Positions 36,221-45,708 of a DNA stretch of 64,000 bases are shown in pieces. The notes under the pieces are model-generated. The model did not search any database, was not told the DNA's origin, and saw only the letters and a list, made by a program, of their open reading frames with translations. Source of the DNA: Alphaproteobacteria bacterium (GTDB taxonomy: Bacteria > Pseudomonadota > Alphaproteobacteria > UBA2966); assembly GCA_964291395.2 (NCBI GenBank), contig OZ219856.1, positions 2,304,001-2,368,000 on the forward strand, written 5' to 3'. Position 1 is the first letter of the stretch. The number at the start of each line of letters is the position of its first letter. A program made the position numbers and the translations under genes.

Positions 36221-36463
36221 TGGCGGCGCATTGACGACGGGATGCGACCCGGTCACGCCCAACTCGAACGCGTCTCGGAACGCAGATTGACCCCGGGCGG
36301 CATCTCGTCGTTCCTATCGGACGACATTCACACGGTCTGGAACGACACCGACAGCGTGTCGTGGTCGCTGCGCGTCTACGGCAAACATATCAACCATACG
36401 GGCCGGTCCGAATTCGACCCGGTTGCCAAGACGGAAAAAGCGTACGTCCTGAATGTCGAGTGA
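36221..36463 (+). pseudogene. C-terminal fragment of a cysteine dioxygenase-like cupin
   Basis: WRRIDDG...GHAQLE...DDIHTVWN...SLRVYG resembles the CDO-family IHxVxN...SLHxYG motif; N-terminal HxH half missing. Confidence 0.55.
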
Positions 36464-36517
36464 CGGCTCCCGCGCGCCCAAGCCGCGGATCAGCGGGAGA
36501 TGGGTTCCGCCGGCGCG

Positions 36518-36949
36518 CTAGACGATGCCGGTGTCGCGCCTGCCTTCCTCGTTGAAGTTGAGCGTGCCTTCCCAAACGGCGATCTTGCCATCGCGCATGG
36601 TCCACATCTCCATGCCCCAGCCCCACATCTTCTTGTCCGTTTTGGTATCGATCCAACGACATTCCCAGGAATTGGCGATCATGTCGCCCATCAGCAGTCG
36701 CAGGTCCTTCTTGAGCCAGTATTCCTTTTGCCGCGCCGCCCGTCCCCTGAAGAACTTGTCGAGTTCCGCCTTGCCGTGCATTTCGGGAAATTCGGCGTAA
36801 CGTACTACGCAGTCGTCGGTGAAGCCGGCCAACAGCCCCTCGAAATCCCATGGCATGAACAAGCCTTCCACGCGCTTTACCAAGCGGCTAGCCTCCTCGA
36901 AGGTTTGCGGGTTACGGCCCGCGACGTCGACGTCGGTGTTCGCTCTCAC
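36518..36949 (-). CDS. NTF2/SnoaL-like protein
   Basis: GTG start with GGAGG SD; FTDDCVVRY, GKAELDKFF, GMEMWTMRDGKIAVWE. Confidence 0.75.
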   Translation of the reverse strand: MRANTDVDVAGRNPQTFEEASRLVKRVEGLFMPWDFEGLLAGFTDDCVVRYAEFPEMHGKAELDKFFRGRAARQKEYWLKKDLRLLMGDMIANSWECRWIDTKTDKKMWGWGMEMWTMRDGKIAVWEGTLNFNEEGRRDTGIV

Positions 36950-37024
36950 GGCTGAGCCTCCGATTACCTGTTCCCGCGCCACGGTGAACGGCGCCTCCCA
37001 ATTATGCAAGGAATGCCGCCCGCC

Positions 37025-37969
37025 ATGACGGAGCCTGACGTACAGGGAAACGAACGCGAGGGTTCCGGAAAGAAGGCGCCCGCCGTTCTCATCCTGGTAC
37101 CGATCATCTTTCTGCTGCTGTGGTCGTCCGGCTTCGCGTACGTGAAGATGGGCCTCGCGTACTCGGGACCGATTACCTACCTGACCCTGCGTTTTGGGCT
37201 GGTTCTGGTCGTGCTTTTACCTGCCGTCCTCGCGTGGCGTCTACCACTGCCGAAGAGCGGCCGCGAATGGGGTCATCTCGCCATCGTCGGTCTCTTCTTT
37301 CAATGCGGCTACTTCGGCTTTCTCTACGCGGCGATCCACCTGGGAGTGTCGGCGGGAACTACGGCGCTGATCGTCTCGCTGCAGCCGATCCTCGTGGCGC
37401 TGCTGGCGTCGCGCTACGCGGGCGAACGTGTCGACGCGACGTCCTGGGCGGGTCTCGTTCTGGGTGTCTCCGGTGCGGGCATCGTTGTCATCTCGGGATC
37501 GGTGATCGAGACCGCGTCCGCAATGGGCGTCCTCTATGCAGTTGCATCCCTGATCGGCATCACCATCGGGACATTGCACGAACGGCGCTTCGGCCTCTCC
37601 GTCCATCCTCTTGTTTCAAGCTTCATTCAGCACGTGGTGGGCTTCGCCGTGGTCCTGCCCTTAGGCTGGTGGATCGAAGGTCTGCACGCCACATGGACTT
37701 GGGAATTCATTTGGGCACTGAGTTATCTCTCCTTTGGCGTCTCCGTGGTCTCGCTATTGCTGCTGTTGGTGATGATCCGACACAACGAAGCGCACCGCGT
37801 ATCGTCCCTGTTCTTCCTGGTTGCGCCGGCGGCAGCGCTCTATGCCTGGGTCCTGGTCGACGAGGCAATGTCTCCGCACACATGGATCGGTATCGCAGTT
37901 GCGGCGCTTGGCGTCGCTATCGTCGCCCCGCCAGACGGCTTGCGACGCTTGAGACTTTCCCGGAGATGA
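37025..37969 (+). CDS. DMT/EamA family transporter
   Basis: FLLLWSSGF, LTLRF, VSAGTTALIVSLQPIL, about 10 TM segments. Confidence 0.9.
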   Translation: MTEPDVQGNEREGSGKKAPAVLILVPIIFLLLWSSGFAYVKMGLAYSGPITYLTLRFGLVLVVLLPAVLAWRLPLPKSGREWGHLAIVGLFFQCGYFGFLYAAIHLGVSAGTTALIVSLQPILVALLASRYAGERVDATSWAGLVLGVSGAGIVVISGSVIETASAMGVLYAVASLIGITIGTLHERRFGLSVHPLVSSFIQHVVGFAVVLPLGWWIEGLHATWTWEFIWALSYLSFGVSVVSLLLLLVMIRHNEAHRVSSLFFLVAPAAALYAWVLVDEAMSPHTWIGIAVAALGVAIVAPPDGLRRLRLSRR

Positions 37970-38113
37970 TCACCGGCGGCCCAATTCATCCGTGCCGGCG
38001 CACCCCTCAAGGGCGCTTTCCTACATGAATTCAACAGGAAAACCTCAGTCTCGATACGACTTGAAGCTGCGCCCGTGCTACCGGGAAGAATAGGGATATA
38101 CGGCGGCGCGCGG

Positions 38114-38962
38114 TCAGTAGCGGTGGCCTGTCAGGATCTCGCTCATCTCCCACAGGCGCCGCCCTGCATCCTCGTCGTGAGAAGCAGGTGAGCTCGCGGC
38201 CTCGCGGCACTCGTCGAAATAACGGCCGGACACTCCCGCGACGTCGGCGCTCGTCGCGAGATGGACGCTGGTGCGCGCGCCGGCCTCCATGTCGATCGCG
38301 GACAGGCGCATCATGACTTTCAACGCCGCGACGAAGGGCCAGCCATTGTTGTGCCCGAACCTGCTGGCGACGAAACCGGGGTGCAGGCAGTTCGCCGTGA
38401 CCGGCGTCCCCGCCAGCAGCGCCGCGAGGCGATAAGTGAACAGGACGTTGGCGAGCTTGCTCCGCCGGTAGGCGCGCCAGCCGCGGTAACGCCTCGTCCC
38501 CTGCGGGTCCTCCAGGTCCATCCGCGCGCCGCGATGGGCCTCGGAGGCGACATTGACGATGCGCCCGCCACCGTTCGCCTGCAGGCTCTCCAGCAACAGC
38601 CCGGTCAGAAGGAAATAGCCCAGGTGGTTGAGCGCGAAGGTCATCTCGATCCCGTCGGCGCTCTCTCGGCGGCGCATGAAGAGGGCGCCGACATTGTTGA
38701 CGAGAACATCGATCGCCGCGCCGCCCGCGGTAAGGCGCTCCGCCAGAGCCCTGATCTCGGTCTGACTCGAGAGATCGGCCTGCTCGAAGCGGACCCGGTC
38801 GTTGCGGGAAGACCGCCGGATCGCCTTGCAGACCTCCGCGCCCTTCGCCGCGTTCCGACCGACGAGCACGACCTCGGCCCCCCTCTCGGCCAGCGCCCGT
38901 GCCGTGACGCGGCCGATCCCGTCCGTGGCGCCGGTAACGATGCACAGCTTGCCTTCCATCAC
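38114..38962 (-). CDS. SDR oxidoreductase (retinol dehydrogenase-like)
   Basis: TGATDGIG, FALNHLGYF, YRRSK, LHPGFV. Confidence 0.9.
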   Translation of the reverse strand: MMEGKLCIVTGATDGIGRVTARALAERGAEVVLVGRNAAKGAEVCKAIRRSSRNDRVRFEQADLSSQTEIRALAERLTAGGAAIDVLVNNVGALFMRRRESADGIEMTFALNHLGYFLLTGLLLESLQANGGGRIVNVASEAHRGARMDLEDPQGTRRYRGWRAYRRSKLANVLFTYRLAALLAGTPVTANCLHPGFVASRFGHNNGWPFVAALKVMMRLSAIDMEAGARTSVHLATSADVAGVSGRYFDECREAASSPASHDEDAGRRLWEMSEILTGHRY

Positions 38963-39249
38963 TCTTCGCTCCCTCGGACCTTCCTGACGTCGACCTCACA
39001 TTGGCAGCCAGCGGCACAGGGTCAAGGGGTCGGAGCAGGCGCTCCTGCCGCCACGTCGTCCGGCTCATCGCGATCTCTCCTCGCGGTGACACCAAACCGG
39101 ACAACTCACGTGCTACCTAAACCGGACACATCATCTGCTGGCGACACATCAGGATGACTTCCTCTTGACCATCAACGTCCGGTTCCAGACACTTACCAGC
39201 CGGCGAGCGCCAATAATGCGGCGGCAGGGAGAGCAAAGGATCGACGGTA

Positions 39250-40482
39250 ATGGTTCGATTTACCGATCTTCCCGAATATGAGCAGGATCACATGGTCCAT
39301 CTGGCCAAGGACTGCGTGACTCTGGAGCCCGCGCCGTGGGTCGACGGACCGCAGTTGGCCGAGCGTCGGGTCGCCATTGTCACCACCGCCGGATTGCAGC
39401 GCCGCGGCGACCGCCCGTTCTCCAAAGGGGCCGGGGATTTCCGCATCATCCCGGGCGACTATGACGCCGCCGACCTGGTGATGAGCCATATCTCGGTTAA
39501 CTTCGACCGTGGCGGTTTTCAGCAGGACTGGAACGTCGTCTTTCCGATCGACCGTCTGCGCGAACTGGCGGCGGCCGGCGTCATCGGGTCAGTGGCCGAC
39601 TACCACTACTCGTTCCTCGGTTCGACGAAACCGGCCGAATTGGAGACGTCGGCGCGCCATCTCGCCGGCATCCTCATGGACGATGCCGTCGATGCCGTCC
39701 TCCTGGTGCCGATCTGACCGGCCTGCACGCGCGCCGTAGGCGGGCTGGGGCTCTACCTCGAAGACGAGGGCATCGCGACGACGCAGATCAGTCTCATCCG
39801 ACCGCACACGGAGAGGACTCGTCCGCCGCGGGCCCTGTGGGTGCCGTTCGAATTGGGGCGTCCGTTCGGGTCCCCTGGCGATCCCGCTTTCCAGACTCGC
39901 GTCCTCCGCGCCACCCTCGATTTGCTGGAGGCCGACGCCGGGCCGATCATCGTCGACTTTCCCGACGACGCCCCGGCGGCGGCGGACGGAGACTTGGAAG
40001 GATGGGCATGCCCAGTCAGTTTCGGCAAGCCTGCGGACGCGGACGATGACGGTATCCGGGCAGCATTACAGCGCGAGATCGGACACTTGGCGCCGTGGCA
40101 TGATTTGGCCGTCGAAAGGCGGGGTCGGACGACGGTCGGCGTCAGTGGCTTCGAGATGGAGGAGGCCGCCGACTACGTCTTGTCCTTCCTCGATGCGGCA
40201 CCAGGAACGAGCCCGCGCCCAGGCCTGACACCGGGAGACGTGCTCAAACTGGCCTGCGACGACCTGAAGGCCTTCTACTTCGAGGCGATCACGGCGCAAC
40301 CAGGTGTCGCCGGCCGTCAAGAACTGGAAGACTGGTTCTGGAACGAGACGTCCCTGGCCAAGATCTTCATGGCGCTGAAACCCATCTGCCTGGCCAGCGA
40401 GGATCACAGCATGCGCGGCATGGGGCTGCACACCTTGGTGCCGCGGATTCTGACCGAATCGTTTGTCGATCCCGATCTATGA
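39250..40482 (+). CDS. Selenocysteine-containing PrdB/GrdB-like protein (410 aa, Sec at codon 156) with an extra C-terminal domain
   Basis: ORFs 39250-39717 and 39841-40482 are in one frame separated only by TGA 39715-39717; reads AVLLVPI-U-PAC (UxxC); VAIVTTAG, FPIDRLRELAAAGVIGSVA and PRAL are collinear with PrdB on both sides of the TGA. Confidence 0.85.
39718..39748 (+). promoter_or_regulatory. Putative bacterial SECIS element
   Basis: CCGGCC/GGCUGG lower stem, CGCC-GUA-GGCG apical hairpin; loop starts with G after an 18-nt spacer from the UGA. Confidence 0.6.
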
Positions 40483-40548
40483 GACCGACGGTCTGACGGG
40501 TTGCAATCCGACGGCAACGTACGCCGCCCGTGAAAACAACGCAGTGGA

Positions 40549-40570
40549 GGGGCATGCGTTGGCATGCCCC
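40549..40570. terminator. GC-rich hairpin between convergent genes
   Basis: GGGGCATGC-gttg-GCATGCCCC perfect 9-bp stem; U-tract weak. Confidence 0.5.
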
Positions 40571-40600
40571 CCCTTGCTTCACGAGGACCGTTACGGCAGA

Positions 40601-41659
40601 TCAGTTGGCGAGGACGGCCTCGTCTTCGGCGTCGATCTCGGCTTCGGCCCGTTTCACGGCCTCCTGGATCATCTTGTAGTAGCGATCGCCGTACTTGGCG
40701 ACGAACCAGTCGGCAACGGCCTTCTGACCCGGCAGGAAGGTCTTCTTTTCCTCGGCGGTAGGAATGTGAATCTTGCCGCCGATATCGTCCCACTTCTTCC
40801 ACTTCGGCAGCATCGCGGCATCGATGTAGCCATCGCACGTGACCTTCATCGCGCTGAATCCGTCGAGGACGATCTTCTGCAGATCGGGCGGCAAACTCTT
40901 GATCCATGGGTCATGCGTATACCAGAAGAAGAAAGTGAACGTGTGCTTGTCCAACACGGCATACTTTATGAAGTCGGTGAAGCTCATGTCGAGGACGTCG
41001 CTGACCGAGTTCTTGGTGCCATGGACGATGCCGGTGGCAAGAGAGGTGTAAAGCTCCTGCCAAGGGATCGGGGTCGGAGCGGCGCCGAGCGCCCGCGCCA
41101 GTTCCATCGAAATTGGCGACTCGATCGTCCGTACCTTCACGCCCTCGAGATCGGAAGCGACCTTAACATCGCGATTGGTGATGAAGCTGCGCCAGCCATG
41201 GTCACCCGTGATGCCGACCAGACGTACGGTCTTCGTCGCGTCGAGCAGGTCCTTTCGCAGGGTGGCATTGATGATCGGGTCATCCATGATCTTGTCGACG
41301 ACCCGGTCGCTACGGAACAGATACGGGATATCGAAGGCCTGGATGGGGCCGAAGAGGTTGGAGATGCCGCCGCCCGTCGTGAATGTCATCTCAAGGGTGC
41401 CGAGCTGAACCTGCTCGACGCTGTCGCGGAAGTGGCCGAGCTGCGCGGCCGGATAGTGCTCGACCGCCACGCGTCCGCGCGAGAAGCGCTCGATGTACGA
41501 CTTCATGACCTCGACGCAGACATAGACGGGTTGCTCCGTCGAAGCGACGTGAGACACCTTCATGGTGAATTCGGCGGCTTGTGCCGTGCCGGCCAACAAC
41601 GCCCCCGCAACACCGGCGGCCAGTACCCCGCCGAGTCCGTGCTTGTATCGCAATCTCAT
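40601..41659 (-). CDS. TRAP transporter substrate-binding protein (DctP family)
   Basis: Signal peptide; YPAAQLG, EQVQLGTLEM, FDIPYLF, DLEGVKVR, LGAAPTPIPWQELYTSL. Confidence 0.92.
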   Translation of the reverse strand: MRLRYKHGLGGVLAAGVAGALLAGTAQAAEFTMKVSHVASTEQPVYVCVEVMKSYIERFSRGRVAVEHYPAAQLGHFRDSVEQVQLGTLEMTFTTGGGISNLFGPIQAFDIPYLFRSDRVVDKIMDDPIINATLRKDLLDATKTVRLVGITGDHGWRSFITNRDVKVASDLEGVKVRTIESPISMELARALGAAPTPIPWQELYTSLATGIVHGTKNSVSDVLDMSFTDFIKYAVLDKHTFTFFFWYTHDPWIKSLPPDLQKIVLDGFSAMKVTCDGYIDAAMLPKWKKWDDIGGKIHIPTAEEKKTFLPGQKAVADWFVAKYGDRYYKMIQEAVKRAEAEIDAEDEAVLAN

Positions 41660-41850
41660 CAGGATCCTCCCAAACTCTGTTGTTTTAGACAGCTTTTCAA
41701 GCGTTCAGATGAAGCTATTTCACGGCGACAACACCAAACTGTCAACGGCGGCGCATCAAGATGGTCAGGACTCGGCCTTGACTTGCGATCCCCCGTCGCT
41801 AGAGTCCCGGCCACGGATTCCACGAACGGCACGACACAGGAACCGCCCCC

Positions 41851-42018
41851 ATGGCAAAACCCACCACTCTCAAGGTCAAGCTCGTCAGCACGGCGGACAC
41901 GGGCTATTACTATGTGACCAAGAAGAATCCCCGGACGAAGACCGAGAAGTTGTCGATGAAGAAATACGATCCGGTCGTGCGCAGGCATGTCGAATTCAAG
42001 GAATCGAGAATCAAATAG
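41851..42018 (+). CDS. rpmG: 50S ribosomal protein L33 (Cys-free form); absent from the ORF track
   Basis: [55 protein letters not shown]. Confidence 0.97.
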   Translation: MAKPTTLKVKLVSTADTGYYYVTKKNPRTKTEKLSMKKYDPVVRRHVEFKESRIK

Positions 42019-42040
42019 CCGGTACGCCCACGAGGCAGCG

Positions 42041-42072
42041 GGGCCGCGCGGCGATCGTGCGGCCTTTGTTTT
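42041..42072 (+). terminator. Rho-independent terminator of rpmG
   Basis: GGGCCGCGCG/CGTGCGGCCT stem followed by TTGTTTT. Confidence 0.7.
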
Positions 42073-42184
42073 GCGTGTCCACCAGGCAGGTATCGGCGTC
42101 CGGTGCGCGCTGGCCGGCGGTACCGCGCAAGATGCTCTCTGAGGCAAGCCCCCGGAGCCACACCGAACAGCAGGGAACAGACCC

Positions 42185-43687
42185 ATGTCAGCAGCAGAAA
42201 CCCTCGACGATTGGCGACAAGCCGCCGGTGGACTCGATATCCGCAACAAGGCCTTCATCAACGGGGAATTCGTCGACGCCGCCTCGGGCGCGACATACGC
42301 CAGCATCAACCCGGCGGACGGCTCGGAGATCGCCTCCATCGCGTCATGCGACGAGGAAGACGTCGATCGCGCGGTGAAAGCCGCCCGCGAAGCGTTCGAG
42401 TCCGGTGTCTGGTCGCAGATGGCGCCGGCACGCCGCAAGCGCGTGCTGCAGAAGTTTGCCCGGACAATACGCGACAATCGTGAAGAGTTGGCGTTGCTCG
42501 AAACCCTGGACGTGGGCAAGCCGATTCGGGATACCACCAGAATCGACATTCCGGCGTCGGCCGCGAGCATCGATTGGTTTGCCGAGCTCGTCGACAAGGT
42601 TTATGACGAGATCGCCCCCTCCGATCCGGCATTCCTCGGCATGATCACGCGCGAGCCGCTCGGCGTCGTCGGTATCATCGTGCCATGGAACTTTCCCCTG
42701 CTCATGGCGTCCTGGAAGCTCGGTCCGGCCCTGGCGGCCGGAAACAGCGTCATCCTGAAGCCGGCGTCCGTTTCATCCCTGACGGCGCTCCGGGTGGCCG
42801 AACTCGCGGCGGAAGCGGGCATCCCGGATGGCGTGTTCAATGTCGTCACCGGCAGCGGCACCAAGGTGGGCATGGCCATGGGCCTGCACATGGACATCGA
42901 CGGCATCGGTTTCACGGGCTCCACCGAAGTCGGCAAGCAGCTCATGCAGTATGCCGGACAGTCCAACCTCAAGCGCCTCGGCCTCGAGCTCGGGGGCAAA
43001 TCGCCCAACATCGTGCTCGCCGATTCGCCCGATCTCGACTATGCCGCCAAAGCGGCTTGCTTCGGGATCTTTTTCAACCAGGGAGAGATCTGCAATGCCG
43101 GGTCCCGGCTGCTCGTCCAGGACTCGATCAAGGACGAGTTCATGGAACTCGTCACCAAGAACGCTACACGCCACGTACCGGGCGAGCCATTGGACCCCGG
43201 CACGCGCATGGGCGCGATCGTGGACCAGAGCCAGATGGACAAGGTGCTCTACTACATCGACGAGGGACGGAGCGCCGGCGCGAACCTCCTCTACGGAGGC
43301 AGCCGGGTGCGCGAAGACACCGGCGGCTACTACGTCGAGCCGACGATTTTCGACCGCGTGAGCAACGACATGAGGATCGCCCAGGAGGAGATCTTCGGGC
43401 CGGTCCTTTCGGTGATCACCTTCAAGGACGTGGACGAGGCGGTCTCCATCGCCAACGACACGATCTACGGCCTCGCCTCGGCGGTCTGGACCAGCAACCT
43501 CGCGACCGCGCACAAGACGGCTCGGACCATCAAGGCCGGTACCGTGTGGATCAACAATTACGACCAGGCCGACATGACCGTACCCTTCGGCGGATACAAA
43601 CAATCCGGATTCGGGCGCGACAAGTCGATCCACGCGCTCGACAAGTTCACGCAATTGAAGACGACCTGGATCAACCTGGCGGTGTAG
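42185..43687 (+). CDS. Aldehyde dehydrogenase (PuuC-like)
   Basis: PWNFPL, FTGSTEVG, LELGGKSP, NQGEICNAG, EEIFGP, PFGGYKQSG. Confidence 0.93.
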   Translation: MSAAETLDDWRQAAGGLDIRNKAFINGEFVDAASGATYASINPADGSEIASIASCDEEDVDRAVKAAREAFESGVWSQMAPARRKRVLQKFARTIRDNREELALLETLDVGKPIRDTTRIDIPASAASIDWFAELVDKVYDEIAPSDPAFLGMITREPLGVVGIIVPWNFPLLMASWKLGPALAAGNSVILKPASVSSLTALRVAELAAEAGIPDGVFNVVTGSGTKVGMAMGLHMDIDGIGFTGSTEVGKQLMQYAGQSNLKRLGLELGGKSPNIVLADSPDLDYAAKAACFGIFFNQGEICNAGSRLLVQDSIKDEFMELVTKNATRHVPGEPLDPGTRMGAIVDQSQMDKVLYYIDEGRSAGANLLYGGSRVREDTGGYYVEPTIFDRVSNDMRIAQEEIFGPVLSVITFKDVDEAVSIANDTIYGLASAVWTSNLATAHKTARTIKAGTVWINNYDQADMTVPFGGYKQSGFGRDKSIHALDKFTQLKTTWINLAV

Positions 43688-43705
43688 AGCTCCCTTCAGT
43701 CCTCC

Positions 43706-45073
43706 TCAGACCGTAACGACCCGGTTGCGGCCCCGATCCTTTGCCGCGTAGAGCGCTTCGTCTGCACGCCTCAGCAGGCCGTCGGCGTCGATACCGGTGC
43801 CCCGGTAGACCGTTCCGCCGATGCTGACGGTGACCGTGATTCTCCCCTCCTCCGTGCTCACCTCGAACGGCTTCTCGGACACGTTCCGGCGCAGCCGCTC
43901 GGCCACCACCCTGGCCGCTTCCAGGTCCGTCTCCGGCAGCACCACGACAAACTCTTCGCCGCCATATCGAACGGCCAAGTCGATGCCGCGAACGTTGCGC
44001 TTGATCCGCCCGGCGAATTCCCTGAGCACCTCATCACCGACCGCGTGCCCATATGAATCGTTGACGTCCTTGAAACGATCGATGTCCATGATGAGGAGCG
44101 CCACCGGCCGGCCGCTTTCACGCCCCCGCTCCATCAGGGTATCGAGGTGACTCACCATGTATCGCCGGTTGTGGAGTCCCGTCAGGCAGTCGGTTACGGC
44201 CAAGGCCAAACCGGCCTCGTAGTTCGCACGGAGTCTGTCCTGGTACATCTTGCGGCGAATCTGCGTGCGAACCCGCACCATCATCTCCTCGGTGTTCACC
44301 GGCTTTTTCAGATAGGCGCCGACGCCGATGTCCAGCGCCCGAACCAGCATGTCCGGAGATCCCGTCTCGATCATCACGAGGATCGGGGTCTGGCGCGTTT
44401 CCGACACGGCGCGGAAGTGGGAACAGAGGCGCAAACCGTCGCTCCTCTCCATCATCAGGCTCACGATGATCAGGTCAAAGCCGCCATCGCGTGCGACCGC
44501 CATCGCGCGATCCGGGTCGCGCTCCGCCGTTACCTGGTAAGCGGACGCCAATGCCAACGAAATCTCGCCGGCATCGCCCTCCGCGTCGTCGATCAAGAGG
44601 ATACGCCCGCCCGGGACGTCCGGATCGACCGCGTCCTCGCCGGTGTCCATGACACCAAGCCGCCTGCTGGTCCGCTCCCGCCTTCGGAATTCGTCCATCA
44701 TCAGTTTGGATCGCACCAGCGAGCGGATGCACGCCAATACGACAGCGTCCTCCAACGGCTTCTCCAGATAATCGTCGGCACCCGCCTGCAGCCCGCGCAC
44801 CAAGTCCTCCGGCCCGGTCTCGTCGGACAGCATCACGACGGGCACGTGGAGCGAGTCCGGGTCTTTCCGCATGCGCGCACAGGCCTCATACCCGTCGGTG
44901 CCCGGACTCGTCACGTCCAGGAGAACGATATCGGGCGGTTCGGATTTCATACGCTCGAGCGCCTGCCCGCCGTCGCTCGCCGTGGAAACCTCGAAGTATT
45001 CCGCGGAAAGCCGCGCCTCAAGTGCCGCGAGCGCGGCCTGGTCGCCGTCGACGATGAGAACGCGTGCCGGCAT
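43706..45073 (-). CDS. pleD: PleD-family response regulator diguanylate cyclase
   Basis: Two REC domains (LSAEYFEV, PDIVLLDV) plus GGEEF domain with RGID I-site. Confidence 0.9.
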   Translation of the reverse strand: MPARVLIVDGDQAALAALEARLSAEYFEVSTASDGGQALERMKSEPPDIVLLDVTSPGTDGYEACARMRKDPDSLHVPVVMLSDETGPEDLVRGLQAGADDYLEKPLEDAVVLACIRSLVRSKLMMDEFRRRERTSRRLGVMDTGEDAVDPDVPGGRILLIDDAEGDAGEISLALASAYQVTAERDPDRAMAVARDGGFDLIIVSLMMERSDGLRLCSHFRAVSETRQTPILVMIETGSPDMLVRALDIGVGAYLKKPVNTEEMMVRVRTQIRRKMYQDRLRANYEAGLALAVTDCLTGLHNRRYMVSHLDTLMERGRESGRPVALLIMDIDRFKDVNDSYGHAVGDEVLREFAGRIKRNVRGIDLAVRYGGEEFVVVLPETDLEAARVVAERLRRNVSEKPFEVSTEEGRITVTVSIGGTVYRGTGIDADGLLRRADEALYAAKDRGRNRVVTV

Positions 45074-45423
45074 GGTTCGAGTTCCGACGCCGGAAGCTAC
45101 GGGGCACGGCCGGACGGCGGGAACGTCCCGGGCAAGCACGACCGGGGACCGCAACCGAAGGTTCGCGCTTGGTCGGACGTCGCCACGGTCAGGATCCAAA
45201 CCCCTCGTCGCGTTGCACGGACGCCGACGACCAGCCTTCGTCCCGCCCACGTTCTATGTGACGACCGCGCGACCACGGCGCCAAGCCTCGACACAGCCCT
45301 CTTCCCTAACACCTTGCTCCCGCGAGGCCAAGGCGCTTGCCTGGCACCGACACATCGGGCAAAAAGCGCTGTCCATCAAATCCTTCCGAACTCGTCCCGC
45401 CAACGGACTCGAGGCTGATTCGA

Positions 45424-45690
45424 ATGGATGGTGCCGCGGCAGAAACCATCGCCCTGCAAGCCTTGGCATTTCTGGTGTCCGAGGAAGCGGCGCTGCGCGG
45501 TTTCATGTCCCAATCGGGCACCACGGCCGCCGACCTGCGTGCCGGAGCCGAAGACCCTCAATTCCTTGCCGGCGTGCTTGATTTCCTCCTCGCACAGGAC
45601 GAACGCCTATTGGCTTTCTGCGGCCGGGCCGACGTGACGCCCGTACAGACCCGACACGCCCGAGCCGCGCTGGGCGATGCGCCGGCCTGA
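45424..45690 (+). CDS. DUF3572 family protein
   Basis: AETIALQALAFL...FMSQSG...DLRA...FLAGVLDFLLAQDERLLAFC; usual position divergent from pleD. Confidence 0.85.
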   Translation: MDGAAAETIALQALAFLVSEEAALRGFMSQSGTTAADLRAGAEDPQFLAGVLDFLLAQDERLLAFCGRADVTPVQTRHARAALGDAPA

Positions 45691-45708
45691 TCCGACCGGC
45701 GCCGGAAT

